63,270 nt of DNA from Bacteroidaceae bacterium (lineage in GTDB: Bacteria; Bacteroidota; Bacteroidia; Bacteroidales; Bacteroidaceae), in NCBI GenBank assembly GCA_963592505.1, contig CAVAXH010000001.1, forward strand, positions 1 through 63,270. Direction: 5' to 3'. Below the pieces are notes generated by a model that saw only the letters and a program-made list of their open reading frames with translations, ran no database searches and was not told the DNA's origin. Of this stretch, positions 1 to 8,627 are shown piece after piece. Positions within the stretch are counted from its first letter, which is position 1. Each line of letters begins with the position of its first letter. The translations under genes and the position numbers were made by a program.

Positions 1-37
1 TGCCCTGGGCTGGGTAATTGCTGGGCTTTCAGCCCGC
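1..37. repeat. Right arm of a REP-like palindromic element, truncated by the window edge
   Basis: GCCCTGGGCTGGGTAATTGCTGGGCT closely matches the right arm (CCCCTGGCCTGGATGATTGCTGGGCT) of the complete inverted repeat at 11032-11089. Confidence 0.65.
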
Positions 38-72
38 ATCGGCTCACGCAACGGACATCCGCGTCATCCGGT

Positions 73-457
73 GTTGATAAAAACCATCACCGCGGAGCCT
101 TCTGTGCAATCTGCGAAAATCCGGTGTTGATAAAAACCATCACCGCGGAGCCTTCTGTGTAATTTGTGTAATCTGTTGTTGATAAAAACCATCACCGCGG
201 AGCCCAGCGTAGGCGAAGCCTGCGCCTTCTGTGCAATCTGCAAAAATCCGGCGTTGATAAAAACCATCACCGCGGAGCCTTCTGTGTAATTTGTGTAATC
301 TGTTGTTGATAAAAACCATCACCGCGGAGCCCAGCGTAGGCGAAGCCTGCGCCTTCTGTGCAATCTGCAAAAATCCGGCGTTGATAAAAACCATCACCGC
401 GGAGCCTTCTGTGTAATTTGTGTAATCTGTTGTTAATAAAAAAGACACCGCGTCGGC
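73..457. repeat. Interspersed tandem array: 27-bp core GTTGATAAAAACCATCACCGCGGAGCC x6 plus one degenerate copy; 127-bp higher-order period
   Basis: Identical cores start at 73, 126, 178, 253, 305, 380; degenerate copy at 432. Spacers of 26, 25, 48, 25, 48, 25 bp recur rather than being unique. Confidence 0.95.
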
Positions 458-534
458 TCACGCCCTAACACAATCAGCAACAAATGGCTGCAGCATACTT
501 GGGAGTTTAGGCTATGCCCTATGAACGTTTCCGG

Positions 535-1236
535 TTACAGCTTCCCTTGGTCGCGGTAAGAAAAATATCCGCCATCGGTGACGATGACATGGTCGAGAAA
601 GTAGATGCGCATCACACCGCATGCCTTCTGCAGCGTCTCGGTGATGCGGTCGTCCTCGCGCGAGGGACGTGTGTTGCCGCTGGGATGGTTGTGGCAGACG
701 GCCATCACGGTGGTGTTGTGGAGGATGGCCTCGCGCATGATGACACGCACATCGACAGCCGTCTCGGTGAAGCCCCCATGACTGACGCGCACCTCGCGGA
801 TGAGCTTGCAGTTCTGGTTCATGAGCAACACATGAAACTCCTCCACGTCGAGGTCTTGCAACATGGGGTGCATGAGGTCATAGATGGCCTGCGACGAGTC
901 GAGGTGCACGCGCTCCTCGGCTTTCTCCTTGGCCCGCCGCTTGCCCAGCTCGCAGGCAGCAAGGATGGTGATGGCCTTGGCAGGACCGATGCCCCGAAAG
1001 GCCTGCAGGTCGCGTATGGTCATCTTGCCCAGCGTGTTGAGGTTGTTATGGCATGAGGCCAGCACGTCCTTCATCAGGTCGACGGCGTTCTGATCCATGT
1101 TGCCCGACCCGATGAGGATGGCCAGCAGTTCGGCATTGGAGAGCGCCTCGGCGCCCAGCCGCTCCAGCCGTTCGCGCGGACGGTCTTCCTCAGCCCAGTC
1201 GGAGATAGACAGTTTCTTGGGGTTGGCGTATGGCAT
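535..1236 (-). CDS. radC: RadC-like JAB domain protein
   Basis: N-terminal RPRERL...LSNAELLAIL, HhH motif GIGPAKA, JAMM motif HNHPSG...S..D, LDHVIV. Confidence 0.93.
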   Translation of the reverse strand: MPYANPKKLSISDWAEEDRPRERLERLGAEALSNAELLAILIGSGNMDQNAVDLMKDVLASCHNNLNTLGKMTIRDLQAFRGIGPAKAITILAACELGKRRAKEKAEERVHLDSSQAIYDLMHPMLQDLDVEEFHVLLMNQNCKLIREVRVSHGGFTETAVDVRVIMREAILHNTTVMAVCHNHPSGNTRPSREDDRITETLQKACGVMRIYFLDHVIVTDGGYFSYRDQGKL

Positions 1237-1254
1237 GGCCGCGAAGGTATGAGG

Positions 1255-2313
1255 TTATTTATAGAAGTTGTGCTTGTAGGCCTCAAACTCGTCTTTGCCT
1301 CTCACGCAGCGCTGCCACCATGCCTTCAGAAATCCGCAGCCATAGCCCATGAGCTGAGTGAAGGCGGCGCGCACGGAGAGCGCTGCCACACGCATGCTGC
1401 CCGTCTGGCTGTTGGCATCGAGGAAGATGATGGCGGAGTAGAGCGCCAGCAAGGCTACCGACGCCGCGCTCACTGCCAACGGCACGGTCTGCTCCGCAGC
1501 ACTGCCCTTGAGGGCGAGCACGGCGGCAGTCGCCAGCCCGGCTATGAACAGCACCACCAGCCCCACCACACCTATGGTGAACACGGCCGGCAGCAGGTGC
1601 ACCACCTTCATCGATCCCGGGTGGCGCTTGTGCAGGTTGATGCGGGCGATGCCGCTGTTGAACACCTGTCGCCAGAACTTGCGGAAGTCGGTGCGCCGCT
1701 TGTGGTAGACCCACGCATCGGGGAAAAGACGTGTGGCATAGCCCGCCTCGATGATGCGGATGGAGAAGTCGATGTCCTCGCCGAAGCGCATCTTCGAGAA
1801 GCCGCCGAGACGGTTATAGACCTCGCGGCGTATGCCCATGTTGAACGAGCGGGGGTAGAACTTGTCGAGCTTCTTCTTGCCGCCGCGGATGCCGCCCGTG
1901 GTGAAAAACGACGTCATGGAGTAGGAAATGGCCTTCTGCACCGGCGTGAACGAGTCGGCGGCACGGTCGGGTCCGCCAAAGGCATCGCACGCCTGGCGCT
2001 GCAGCTCGTCGTCGACGGCCTGCAGATAGTCGTCGGGCAACACCACGTCGGAGTCGAGGATGAGCACATAGTCGCCCTCGGCCCGCTCCACACCATAGTT
2101 GCGGCTCTGGCCGGGACCGCTGTTGTCCTTCATGAAATAGCGCAGGGGCAGGCGGTCGGCATAGCGGTCGCACACCTCGCGGCAGGGTGTCTGCGACCCG
2201 TCTTCGACGATGATCACCTCATAGTCGGTGAATGTCTGCGTGGTGAGGCTTTGCAGCAGTTCGTCGACCTCATCGGGACGGTTGTAAACGGGTATTACCA
2301 AACTGTATTTCAT
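1255..2313 (-). CDS. Family 2 glycosyltransferase with C-terminal TM helices
   Basis: MKYSLVIPVYN, VEDGS, ILDSD (DxD), GEDIDFS; start moved to ATG at 2313. Confidence 0.9.
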   Translation of the reverse strand: MKYSLVIPVYNRPDEVDELLQSLTTQTFTDYEVIIVEDGSQTPCREVCDRYADRLPLRYFMKDNSGPGQSRNYGVERAEGDYVLILDSDVVLPDDYLQAVDDELQRQACDAFGGPDRAADSFTPVQKAISYSMTSFFTTGGIRGGKKKLDKFYPRSFNMGIRREVYNRLGGFSKMRFGEDIDFSIRIIEAGYATRLFPDAWVYHKRRTDFRKFWRQVFNSGIARINLHKRHPGSMKVVHLLPAVFTIGVVGLVVLFIAGLATAAVLALKGSAAEQTVPLAVSAASVALLALYSAIIFLDANSQTGSMRVAALSVRAAFTQLMGYGCGFLKAWWQRCVRGKDEFEAYKHNFYK

Positions 2314-2351
2314 ATAAGGCGGATTGATGATGGATGGTATGGAGTGGAGGG

Positions 2352-2416
2352 AAAAAGAAAAAGGCAAGAAAGGCGGGGTCACAGCATGGCCATGACCCTC
2401 GCAACCTTCTTACCTT
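2352..2416 (-). terminator. Probable intrinsic terminator after efp
   Basis: Imperfect stem (AAGGTAAGAAGG...CCTTTCTTGCCTT on the minus strand) followed by a T-rich tract. Confidence 0.55.
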
Positions 2417-2443
2417 GTGTGTCTTGTTATCTCTGCGTGCAGA

Positions 2444-3013
2444 TTACTTCTCAGTCACGCGGCCGACATAGCTGCCGTCCTCAGTGTTGATGGTGATGAC
2501 GTCGCCCTCGTTGATGAACAGGGGGACGCGCACCTCAGCACCTGTCTCGAGTGTGGCGGGCTTGGTGGCATTGGTGGCGGTGTTGCCCTTCACGCCCGGC
2601 TCAGAGTGAGCCACGACGAGGTTGGTCTTGAGGGGCATCTCGGCAGAGAGGATCGAGGCGTCGTCGGCAGAGATCTGCACGTCCACGATGTCGCCTTCCT
2701 TCATATACTCACCGCCGGTGATGAGGTCACGGCTGATGGGGAACTGCTCGAAGGTCTCCTGGTTCATGAAGATGCAGCCCGTGGGATCCTCATAGAGGTA
2801 CTGGTATGAACGGTGCTCCACGCGCACATCGTCGAGCTTGAAGCCCACCTGGAACGTACGGTCAAGCACGCGGCCGTCGGCCACGTTCTTCAGCTTGGTG
2901 TTCATGACGGTGTTGCCCTTGCCCGGCTTGCGGTGCTCGAACCAGATGCACTTCCAGATGCCGCCGTCCATGCGGATGCAAGTGCCTTTTTTGATTTCCT
3001 GTGAATTAATCAT
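2444..3013 (-). CDS. efp: Elongation factor P
   Basis: KPGKG loop; C-terminal TKPATLETGA.V.VPLFI..GD.I.I.T..G.Y..R. Confidence 0.97.
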   Translation of the reverse strand: MINSQEIKKGTCIRMDGGIWKCIWFEHRKPGKGNTVMNTKLKNVADGRVLDRTFQVGFKLDDVRVEHRSYQYLYEDPTGCIFMNQETFEQFPISRDLITGGEYMKEGDIVDVQISADDASILSAEMPLKTNLVVAHSEPGVKGNTATNATKPATLETGAEVRVPLFINEGDVITINTEDGSYVGRVTEK

Positions 3014-3059
3014 TGTTGATATATCTGTGATATTGTTATTGTTGACGCTTTAACGGGTG

Positions 3060-3149
3060 CAAAGTTACTACATTTTCATAAAAAACACATAAAAAGAAGC
3101 CGAAAAAACGCCAATTTCTTTGCCATATCAAAAAGATTAAGTAATTTTG
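3060..3149. promoter_or_regulatory. Divergent Bacteroidota sigma-A promoters for efp and rpmH
   Basis: Minus strand TAACTTTG at 3060-3067; plus strand TTTG (3119-3122)-N19-TAATTTTG (3142-3149). Confidence 0.7.
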
Positions 3150-3218
3150 CAGCCCAAAAGGGATGTTTTGCACATTCCCCACTTATCATGCATCATAAAC
3201 AATTAAAATAACAGAAAG

Positions 3219-3374
3219 ATGAAAAGAACATTCCAGCCTCACAATCGTCGTCGTGTGAACAAGCATGGCTTCCGCGAGAGAATGGCCACCAAGAACGGCC
3301 GCCGCGTGCTGGCTTCTCGTCGCGCCCATGGCCGCAAGAAGCTGACCGTCTCTGACGAGAACCACGGTAAGTAA
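3219..3374 (+). CDS. rpmH: 50S ribosomal protein L34 (51 aa; below the ORF track cutoff)
   Basis: Manual translation: [51 protein letters not shown]. Confidence 0.98.
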   Translation: MKRTFQPHNRRRVNKHGFRERMATKNGRRVLASRRAHGRKKLTVSDENHGK

Positions 3375-3397
3375 TCGTCCGGACGACAACCGACGAT

Positions 3398-3438
3398 AAA
3401 AAGCAGCATGAAAGCATTGCCTTTCATGCTGCTTTTTT
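3398..3438 (+). terminator. Intrinsic terminator after rpmH
   Basis: AAAAAGCAGCATGAAAG-loop-CTTTCATGCTGCTTTTT, perfect stem with T tail. Confidence 0.9.
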
Positions 3439-3598
3439 GGTTTCACACGATGCGGCCGGCATGGCCCCTCCCGCGGCGCGCGTCACGGGCGACATCACGC
3501 CTGCGGGCGCGCATATCCAAAAAATAATATGAAAAAAGACTGTAGCTTCTTGGGCATTCGCGCGATTTGACGTATCTTTGTGGAAAAATACCGCGCTG

Positions 3599-4303
3599 AT
3601 GACAGCATCAGAATTCTTCAGAAAGTTCAAAAGCAAATACCTGTGGGGCAACCTGGCCGCCATGGCCGTTGTCGTGGCAGTCCTGCTCATAGGTGTGAGA
3701 TACGGCATCGACGTCTACACACACCACGGCGAGTCGATAGCCATCCCCAACATTGTGCACAAGAAATACGACAATGCCGCACATGTGCTCGGCCAGCTGG
3801 GCCTGCACATCGAGGTGAGCGACACCGGCTACGTGAAGACGCTGCCGCCGGGCTGCATCCTGGAGCAGAGCCCTGCGCCGGGCGAACACGTGAAGTCGGG
3901 ACACGCCGTCTACGTCACCATCAACGCCAGCCACACCCCCACCCTGACGCTGCCCGACATCATCGACAACAGCTCGCTGCGCGAGGCCATGGCCAAGCTG
4001 ACAGCCATGGGCTTCAAGCTGGCACCGCCACAGTTTGTGTCTGGCGAGAAAGACTGGGTCTACGGCGTGCTCGTGGGAGGCCGCCACGTGGTCTACGGCG
4101 ACCGCATCCCCGTGGATGCCGCCGTCACCATACAGGCCGGCAACGGCTTGCTCGACGCCAACGACTCGGTGAACTACATCGACAATGAACCCGCCGTCGA
4201 CACCGACTCGGGCGAAGACCCGTTTGAGGAAGACCCGTTTGAGGAGGTCGACGAGCAGCCGGCCGCACCCACCGAGAGCAACCCCGCCCAGCACGCCGAA
4301 TAA
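3599..4303 (+). CDS. PASTA domain membrane protein
   Basis: N-terminal TM, YTHHGESIAIPNI, ILEQSPAPG PASTA pattern, acidic tail; TATCTTTG promoter motif at 3573-3580. Confidence 0.85.
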   Translation: MTASEFFRKFKSKYLWGNLAAMAVVVAVLLIGVRYGIDVYTHHGESIAIPNIVHKKYDNAAHVLGQLGLHIEVSDTGYVKTLPPGCILEQSPAPGEHVKSGHAVYVTINASHTPTLTLPDIIDNSSLREAMAKLTAMGFKLAPPQFVSGEKDWVYGVLVGGRHVVYGDRIPVDAAVTIQAGNGLLDANDSVNYIDNEPAVDTDSGEDPFEEDPFEEVDEQPAAPTESNPAQHAE

Positions 4304-4331
4304 CCGCAAACCGACAAGACAACACATCATC

Positions 4332-5429
4332 ATGACAGACTATACCGACGACATAGAACTCTTCGACGACGACCTCCTCGGCACGCCAGCGGCGGCACCG
4401 TCGCCGGCCGACGGCGAGCCGCAGCTCTATGAGCACTGGCGCATGGAGGTGGACCCCGGACAGGCCACCACACGCATCGACAAGTTTCTGGCCGAGCACA
4501 TGCAGCACTCCAGCCGCAACCGCATACAGACGGCGGCCGAGGCCGGCTGCATCTTTGTGGGCGACCGTCCCGTGAAGAGCAACTACAAGGTGAGGCCGGG
4601 CGACATCATCACCCTGAAGCTCGACCGACCCAAGCACGACACCACCATACACGCCGAGGACATACCGCTCGACGTGGTCTATGAGGACGACGCGCTCATG
4701 GTCATCAACAAGGAGGCGGGCATGGTGGTGCACCCCGGCGCCGGCAACTTCAGCGGCACGCTCATCAACGCCGTGGCATGGCACATGCGCGACGTGCCGT
4801 CGTTCGACGCCAACAACCCCGAGGTGGGGCTCGTGCACCGCATCGACAAGGACACCAGCGGACTGATCGTGGTGGCCAAGACGCCTGAGGCCAAGACGGC
4901 GCTGGGCAAGCAGTTTTTCAACAAGACCACACACCGCAGCTACAACGCGCTGGTGTGGGGCAACCTCACCGACGACGAGGGGCGCATAGAGGGCAACATC
5001 GGCCGCGACCCCAAGGACCGCCTGCGCATGACGGTGTTCGACCCCGCATCGGGCATCGGCAAGCCGGCCGTCACCCACTGGCGCGTGATCGAGCGCTTCG
5101 GCTACACCACCCTCGTGGAGTGTATCCTCGAGACCGGGCGCACCCACCAGATACGTGCCCACATGAAGCACATCGGGCACCCGCTCTTCTGCGACGAGCG
5201 CTACGGCGGCTGCGAGATACTGCGCGGACAGCGCAGCTCCAGCTACACGGCCTTCGTGCGCAACTGCCTCGCCGCCTGTCCGCGGCAGGCGCTGCATGCC
5301 AAGACCCTCGGCTTCGTGCATCCGCAAAGCGGCGAGCAGATGGACTTCGACTCCGAATGGCCTGCCGACTTCAGGGCACTCATCGACCGCTGGCGCACAT
5401 TCATCAGCGGCACCACACGCAGGGATTAG
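4332..5429 (+). CDS. rluD: RluA/RluD family pseudouridine synthase
   Basis: S4 domain (RIDKFL), NKEAGMVVHP, HRIDKDTSG, LETGRTHQIRAH, QALHA. Confidence 0.92.
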   Translation: MTDYTDDIELFDDDLLGTPAAAPSPADGEPQLYEHWRMEVDPGQATTRIDKFLAEHMQHSSRNRIQTAAEAGCIFVGDRPVKSNYKVRPGDIITLKLDRPKHDTTIHAEDIPLDVVYEDDALMVINKEAGMVVHPGAGNFSGTLINAVAWHMRDVPSFDANNPEVGLVHRIDKDTSGLIVVAKTPEAKTALGKQFFNKTTHRSYNALVWGNLTDDEGRIEGNIGRDPKDRLRMTVFDPASGIGKPAVTHWRVIERFGYTTLVECILETGRTHQIRAHMKHIGHPLFCDERYGGCEILRGQRSSSYTAFVRNCLAACPRQALHAKTLGFVHPQSGEQMDFDSEWPADFRALIDRWRTFISGTTRRD

Positions 5430-5489
5430 CACCCGGCCGTTCACGATAGAGAAGAAACAAAATAGGAAAAAACAAAATAGCAACAAGAT

Positions 5490-6488
5490 ATGAAAGACTT
5501 AAAGAGAAACATCGCCATCGTCTGTGGCGGCGACTCCTCGGAGCACGACGTGTCAATGCGCTCGGCCCAGGGACTTTATTCGTTCTTCGACAAGGAACGC
5601 TACAACATCTACATCGTAGACGTCAAAGGCACCGACTGGCACGTGGAATATGAAGACGGCACCGTGGCCGACATCGACCGCAACGACTTCTCGTTTGTCG
5701 GCAAGGACGGCAAGGCCGTGGTCTTCGACTATGCCTACATCACCATCCACGGCACACCGGGCGAGAACGGCATCATGCAGGGCTACTTCGACCTCATCCA
5801 CCTGCCCTACTCCACCAGCGGCGTGCTCGTGGAGGCACTGACCTTCAACAAATATGTGCTCAACAACTACCTGCGGGCCTTCGGCATTCGCGTGGCCGAC
5901 AGCATGCTGCTGCGCCGCGGCGACAACTACGACGAGAAGGCCATCGAGGAGCGGCTGGGCATGCCCGTCTTCGTGAAGCCGGCTGCCGACGGCAGCAGCT
6001 TCGGCGTGTCGAAGGTGAAGAATGCCGACCAGCTGGCACCGGCACTCCGCGTGGCGTTCATGGAGAGCGACGAGGTGATGGTCGAGGGATTCATGGAGGG
6101 CACCGAGATATCCATCGGCTGCTATAAGACACGCGACAAGGCCGTGGTCTTCCCCGCCACAGAGGTGGTCACCAGCAACGAGTTCTTCGACTACGACGCC
6201 AAGTACAACGGACAGGTGCAGGAGATCACGCCGGCACGCATCGCCGAGGCTACGGCCAAGAAGGTGGCCGAGGAGACCAGCAAGATCTACGACATCCTCC
6301 ACTGCAACGGCATCATCCGCATCGACTACATCATCTCGAAGGATGCCGAGGGCAACGATGTCATCAACATGCTCGAGATCAACACCACGCCGGGCATGAC
6401 CGCCACCAGCTTCATACCCCAGCAGGTGCGCGCCGCCGGCCTCGACATCAAGGAGGTGCTGACCGACATCGTGGAGAACCAGTTTTAA
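5490..6488 (+). CDS. ddl: D-alanine-D-alanine ligase
   Basis: GGDSSEHDVS, HGTPGENG, VKPAADGSSFGV, FFDYDAKY, EINTTPGMT. Confidence 0.97.
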   Translation: MKDLKRNIAIVCGGDSSEHDVSMRSAQGLYSFFDKERYNIYIVDVKGTDWHVEYEDGTVADIDRNDFSFVGKDGKAVVFDYAYITIHGTPGENGIMQGYFDLIHLPYSTSGVLVEALTFNKYVLNNYLRAFGIRVADSMLLRRGDNYDEKAIEERLGMPVFVKPAADGSSFGVSKVKNADQLAPALRVAFMESDEVMVEGFMEGTEISIGCYKTRDKAVVFPATEVVTSNEFFDYDAKYNGQVQEITPARIAEATAKKVAEETSKIYDILHCNGIIRIDYIISKDAEGNDVINMLEINTTPGMTATSFIPQQVRAAGLDIKEVLTDIVENQF

Positions 6489-6558
6489 GGCGCCCGCCAC
6501 ACGGCCTGGAGCCCTTACCCATGTTTCACCGACACTTATGTCACAACGGACACATGTC

Positions 6559-7710
6559 ATGACCATACCCGAGAAATTCAACGACATACGACCTTTCGAG
6601 CCCGAAGAGCTGCCCGAGGTCTACGACCGGCTGCTGGCCAACCCGCAGTTTCAGGCCGTCGTAAGCCATCTGTACCCCGGCGTGCCCATCGAGGCCATCG
6701 GCACCAAGATGCGCGCCTGCCACACGCTGCTCGACTTCCAGAAGCAGTTCTGCTACCAGTTCATCCATAACCTGATGGCCAAGGCCTCACTGGGCTTCGA
6801 CATCGACTGCCACGCGGTAGACACCACACAGCGCTACACCTTTGTGAGCAACCACCGCGACATCGTGCTCGACTCGGCCATCCTCGACGTGCTGATCATC
6901 GACGCCGGCTTCACCACCACCTGCGAGATTGCCATCGGCGACAACCTGCTGTCGCTGCCCTGGGTGAAAGACCTCGTGAGGCTCAACAAGAGCTTCATCG
7001 TGAAGCGCAGCCTGCCCATGCGCGAGATGCTCGTGGCCAGCAAGACGCTCTCCGAGTATATGCACTTCGCCATCGGCGAGAAGCACGAGAACATCTGGAT
7101 AGCGCAGCGCTCGGGCCGAGCCAAGGACTCCGACGACCGCACCTCCGACGCCGTGCTGAAGATGATGACCATGGGAGGCGAAGGCTCGGTGACCGACAGG
7201 CTGAAAGACCTGCACATCGTGCCGCTGGCCATCTCCTACGAGTATGACCCGTGCGACTATCTGAAGGCCGTGGAGTTTCAGCAGCGCCGCGACAACCCGC
7301 AGTGGAAGAAAGGACCCACCGACGACATCGTGTCGATGCAGACCGGCATCATGGGCTTCAAGGGACATGTGCACTACCACTGCGCTCCGTGCATCGACGA
7401 CTATCTCGACAGCCTGCCGGCCGACACGCCCAAGGGCGATGTCTACCGCCTCGTGGCAGCACACATCGACCGCGAGATACACCGCAACTACCGCCTGTTC
7501 GCATCAAACTATGTGGCGCTCGACGAGCTGCAGGGCACCGATGCCCACCACGACCACTACACCGATGCCGACAAGGCTCGCTTCGACCAGTATCTGGCCG
7601 GACAGCTGGCCAAGGTGGACCTGCCGGGCAAAGACGAGGCGTATCTGCGCCAGTGCATGCTGACGATGTATGCCAACCCCGCCATCAACTACCTGGCTGC
7701 ACAGCAGTAA
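6559..7710 (+). CDS. Glycerolipid (PlsB/PlsC-like) acyltransferase
   Basis: SNHRDIVLD acyltransferase motif, WIAQRSGRAKD, ISYEYDP; alternative start at 6538. Confidence 0.85.
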   Translation: MTIPEKFNDIRPFEPEELPEVYDRLLANPQFQAVVSHLYPGVPIEAIGTKMRACHTLLDFQKQFCYQFIHNLMAKASLGFDIDCHAVDTTQRYTFVSNHRDIVLDSAILDVLIIDAGFTTTCEIAIGDNLLSLPWVKDLVRLNKSFIVKRSLPMREMLVASKTLSEYMHFAIGEKHENIWIAQRSGRAKDSDDRTSDAVLKMMTMGGEGSVTDRLKDLHIVPLAISYEYDPCDYLKAVEFQQRRDNPQWKKGPTDDIVSMQTGIMGFKGHVHYHCAPCIDDYLDSLPADTPKGDVYRLVAAHIDREIHRNYRLFASNYVALDELQGTDAHHDHYTDADKARFDQYLAGQLAKVDLPGKDEAYLRQCMLTMYANPAINYLAAQQ

Positions 7711-7777
7711 GTGTGTGGGGAGGCGGCGATCTGCGAGAACCACCCGAAAGTTTTTTCTGCCGAACGAAATCATCAAG

Positions 7778-8449
7778 ATGAGACATTCACTGAACCATGC
7801 CGCCCGAGGCATGCTGGCACTGGCAGCTGCCGGCATGCTGGCGATGACGGCCGCCTGCTCGAGCGACGGCTACGACACCGGCGACGGCGAGTACAGCTAT
7901 CTGCAGGCCGACTTCTGCATGGCACATGCCACAGCGGCCAAGACCGTCGACTACTTCGTGACCGACCGGGGCGACTCCGTGCGCCTCGCCTCACCGGCCA
8001 CTGCCAGCTGGCTGCCGGCCAAAGACACGCTGTGCCGTGCGCTGGCCTACTACGACAAGGCTTCGCAGCGCATGTTCGCCCTGTCGCAGGTGCTTGTGGC
8101 ACGCCCCATGGCCAAGGTCAGCGCCGACAGCGTGGCCACCGACCCCATGACCATCGAGAGTGCGTGGACGGGCGGCGGCTTCCTCAACATCGGCATTGCC
8201 GTGAAGTCGGGGTCCACCGACAAGGTGGATGCACGCCAGGCCATCGGCATCATGGCCGACTCGGTGTGTGCCGACGGCGACACCGTGCGTGCCGTGACGC
8301 TGCGCCTGCTGCACGCTCAAAACGGCGTGCCCGAGTACTACACCGTCCGGACCTATCTCAGCATGCCCATCCCCACCGCCTGGAAGCATGCCCGCCTCAC
8401 CGTGTGTGCCAACGGATACAACGGTGAGCAGCACATCACCGCCGAATAG
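7778..8449 (+). CDS. NigD-like lipoprotein
   Basis: Lipobox-like MTAAC followed by acidic SSDGYD; FVTDRG, DP....SAW.GGGFLN, L.L.H patterns. Confidence 0.65.
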   Translation: MRHSLNHAARGMLALAAAGMLAMTAACSSDGYDTGDGEYSYLQADFCMAHATAAKTVDYFVTDRGDSVRLASPATASWLPAKDTLCRALAYYDKASQRMFALSQVLVARPMAKVSADSVATDPMTIESAWTGGGFLNIGIAVKSGSTDKVDARQAIGIMADSVCADGDTVRAVTLRLLHAQNGVPEYYTVRTYLSMPIPTAWKHARLTVCANGYNGEQHITAE

Positions 8450-8464
8450 GCGGCGGATGGAAAG

Positions 8465-8520
8465 AAAATATGACAAGTGCGTGAGCCGGCTTTTTCGACT
8501 CACGCACTTGTCATATTTTT
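8465..8520. terminator. Bidirectional terminator between convergent genes
   Basis: 21-bp perfect arms AAAATATGACAAGTGCGTGAG / CTCACGCACTTGTCATATTTT. Confidence 0.88.
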
Positions 8521-8627
8521 GGGGATGACCATCATGGTCATTGTGCGGGCAACAACAGACCTGTCGTAAGACTCACACGGAAGCCTCCGCATGAGCCTCA
8601 CAGATCAAGCCAGACGGCACGGGGGGC

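Noticed and set aside
73..457. Bona fide CRISPR array
   Set aside because: Spacers recur and are related to each other, their lengths alternate 25/48 bp, and no cas gene is in the window; reported as a repeat instead
64..461. Short minus-strand ORFs over the repeat array
   Set aside because: Their repetitive peptides are translations of the DNA repeat in all three frames, with no independent sign of coding
535..1236. radC as a mobile-element or anti-defence marker
   Set aside because: Full-length chromosomal type with N-terminal HhH, in an efp-GT2-radC housekeeping context; no integrase or transfer genes
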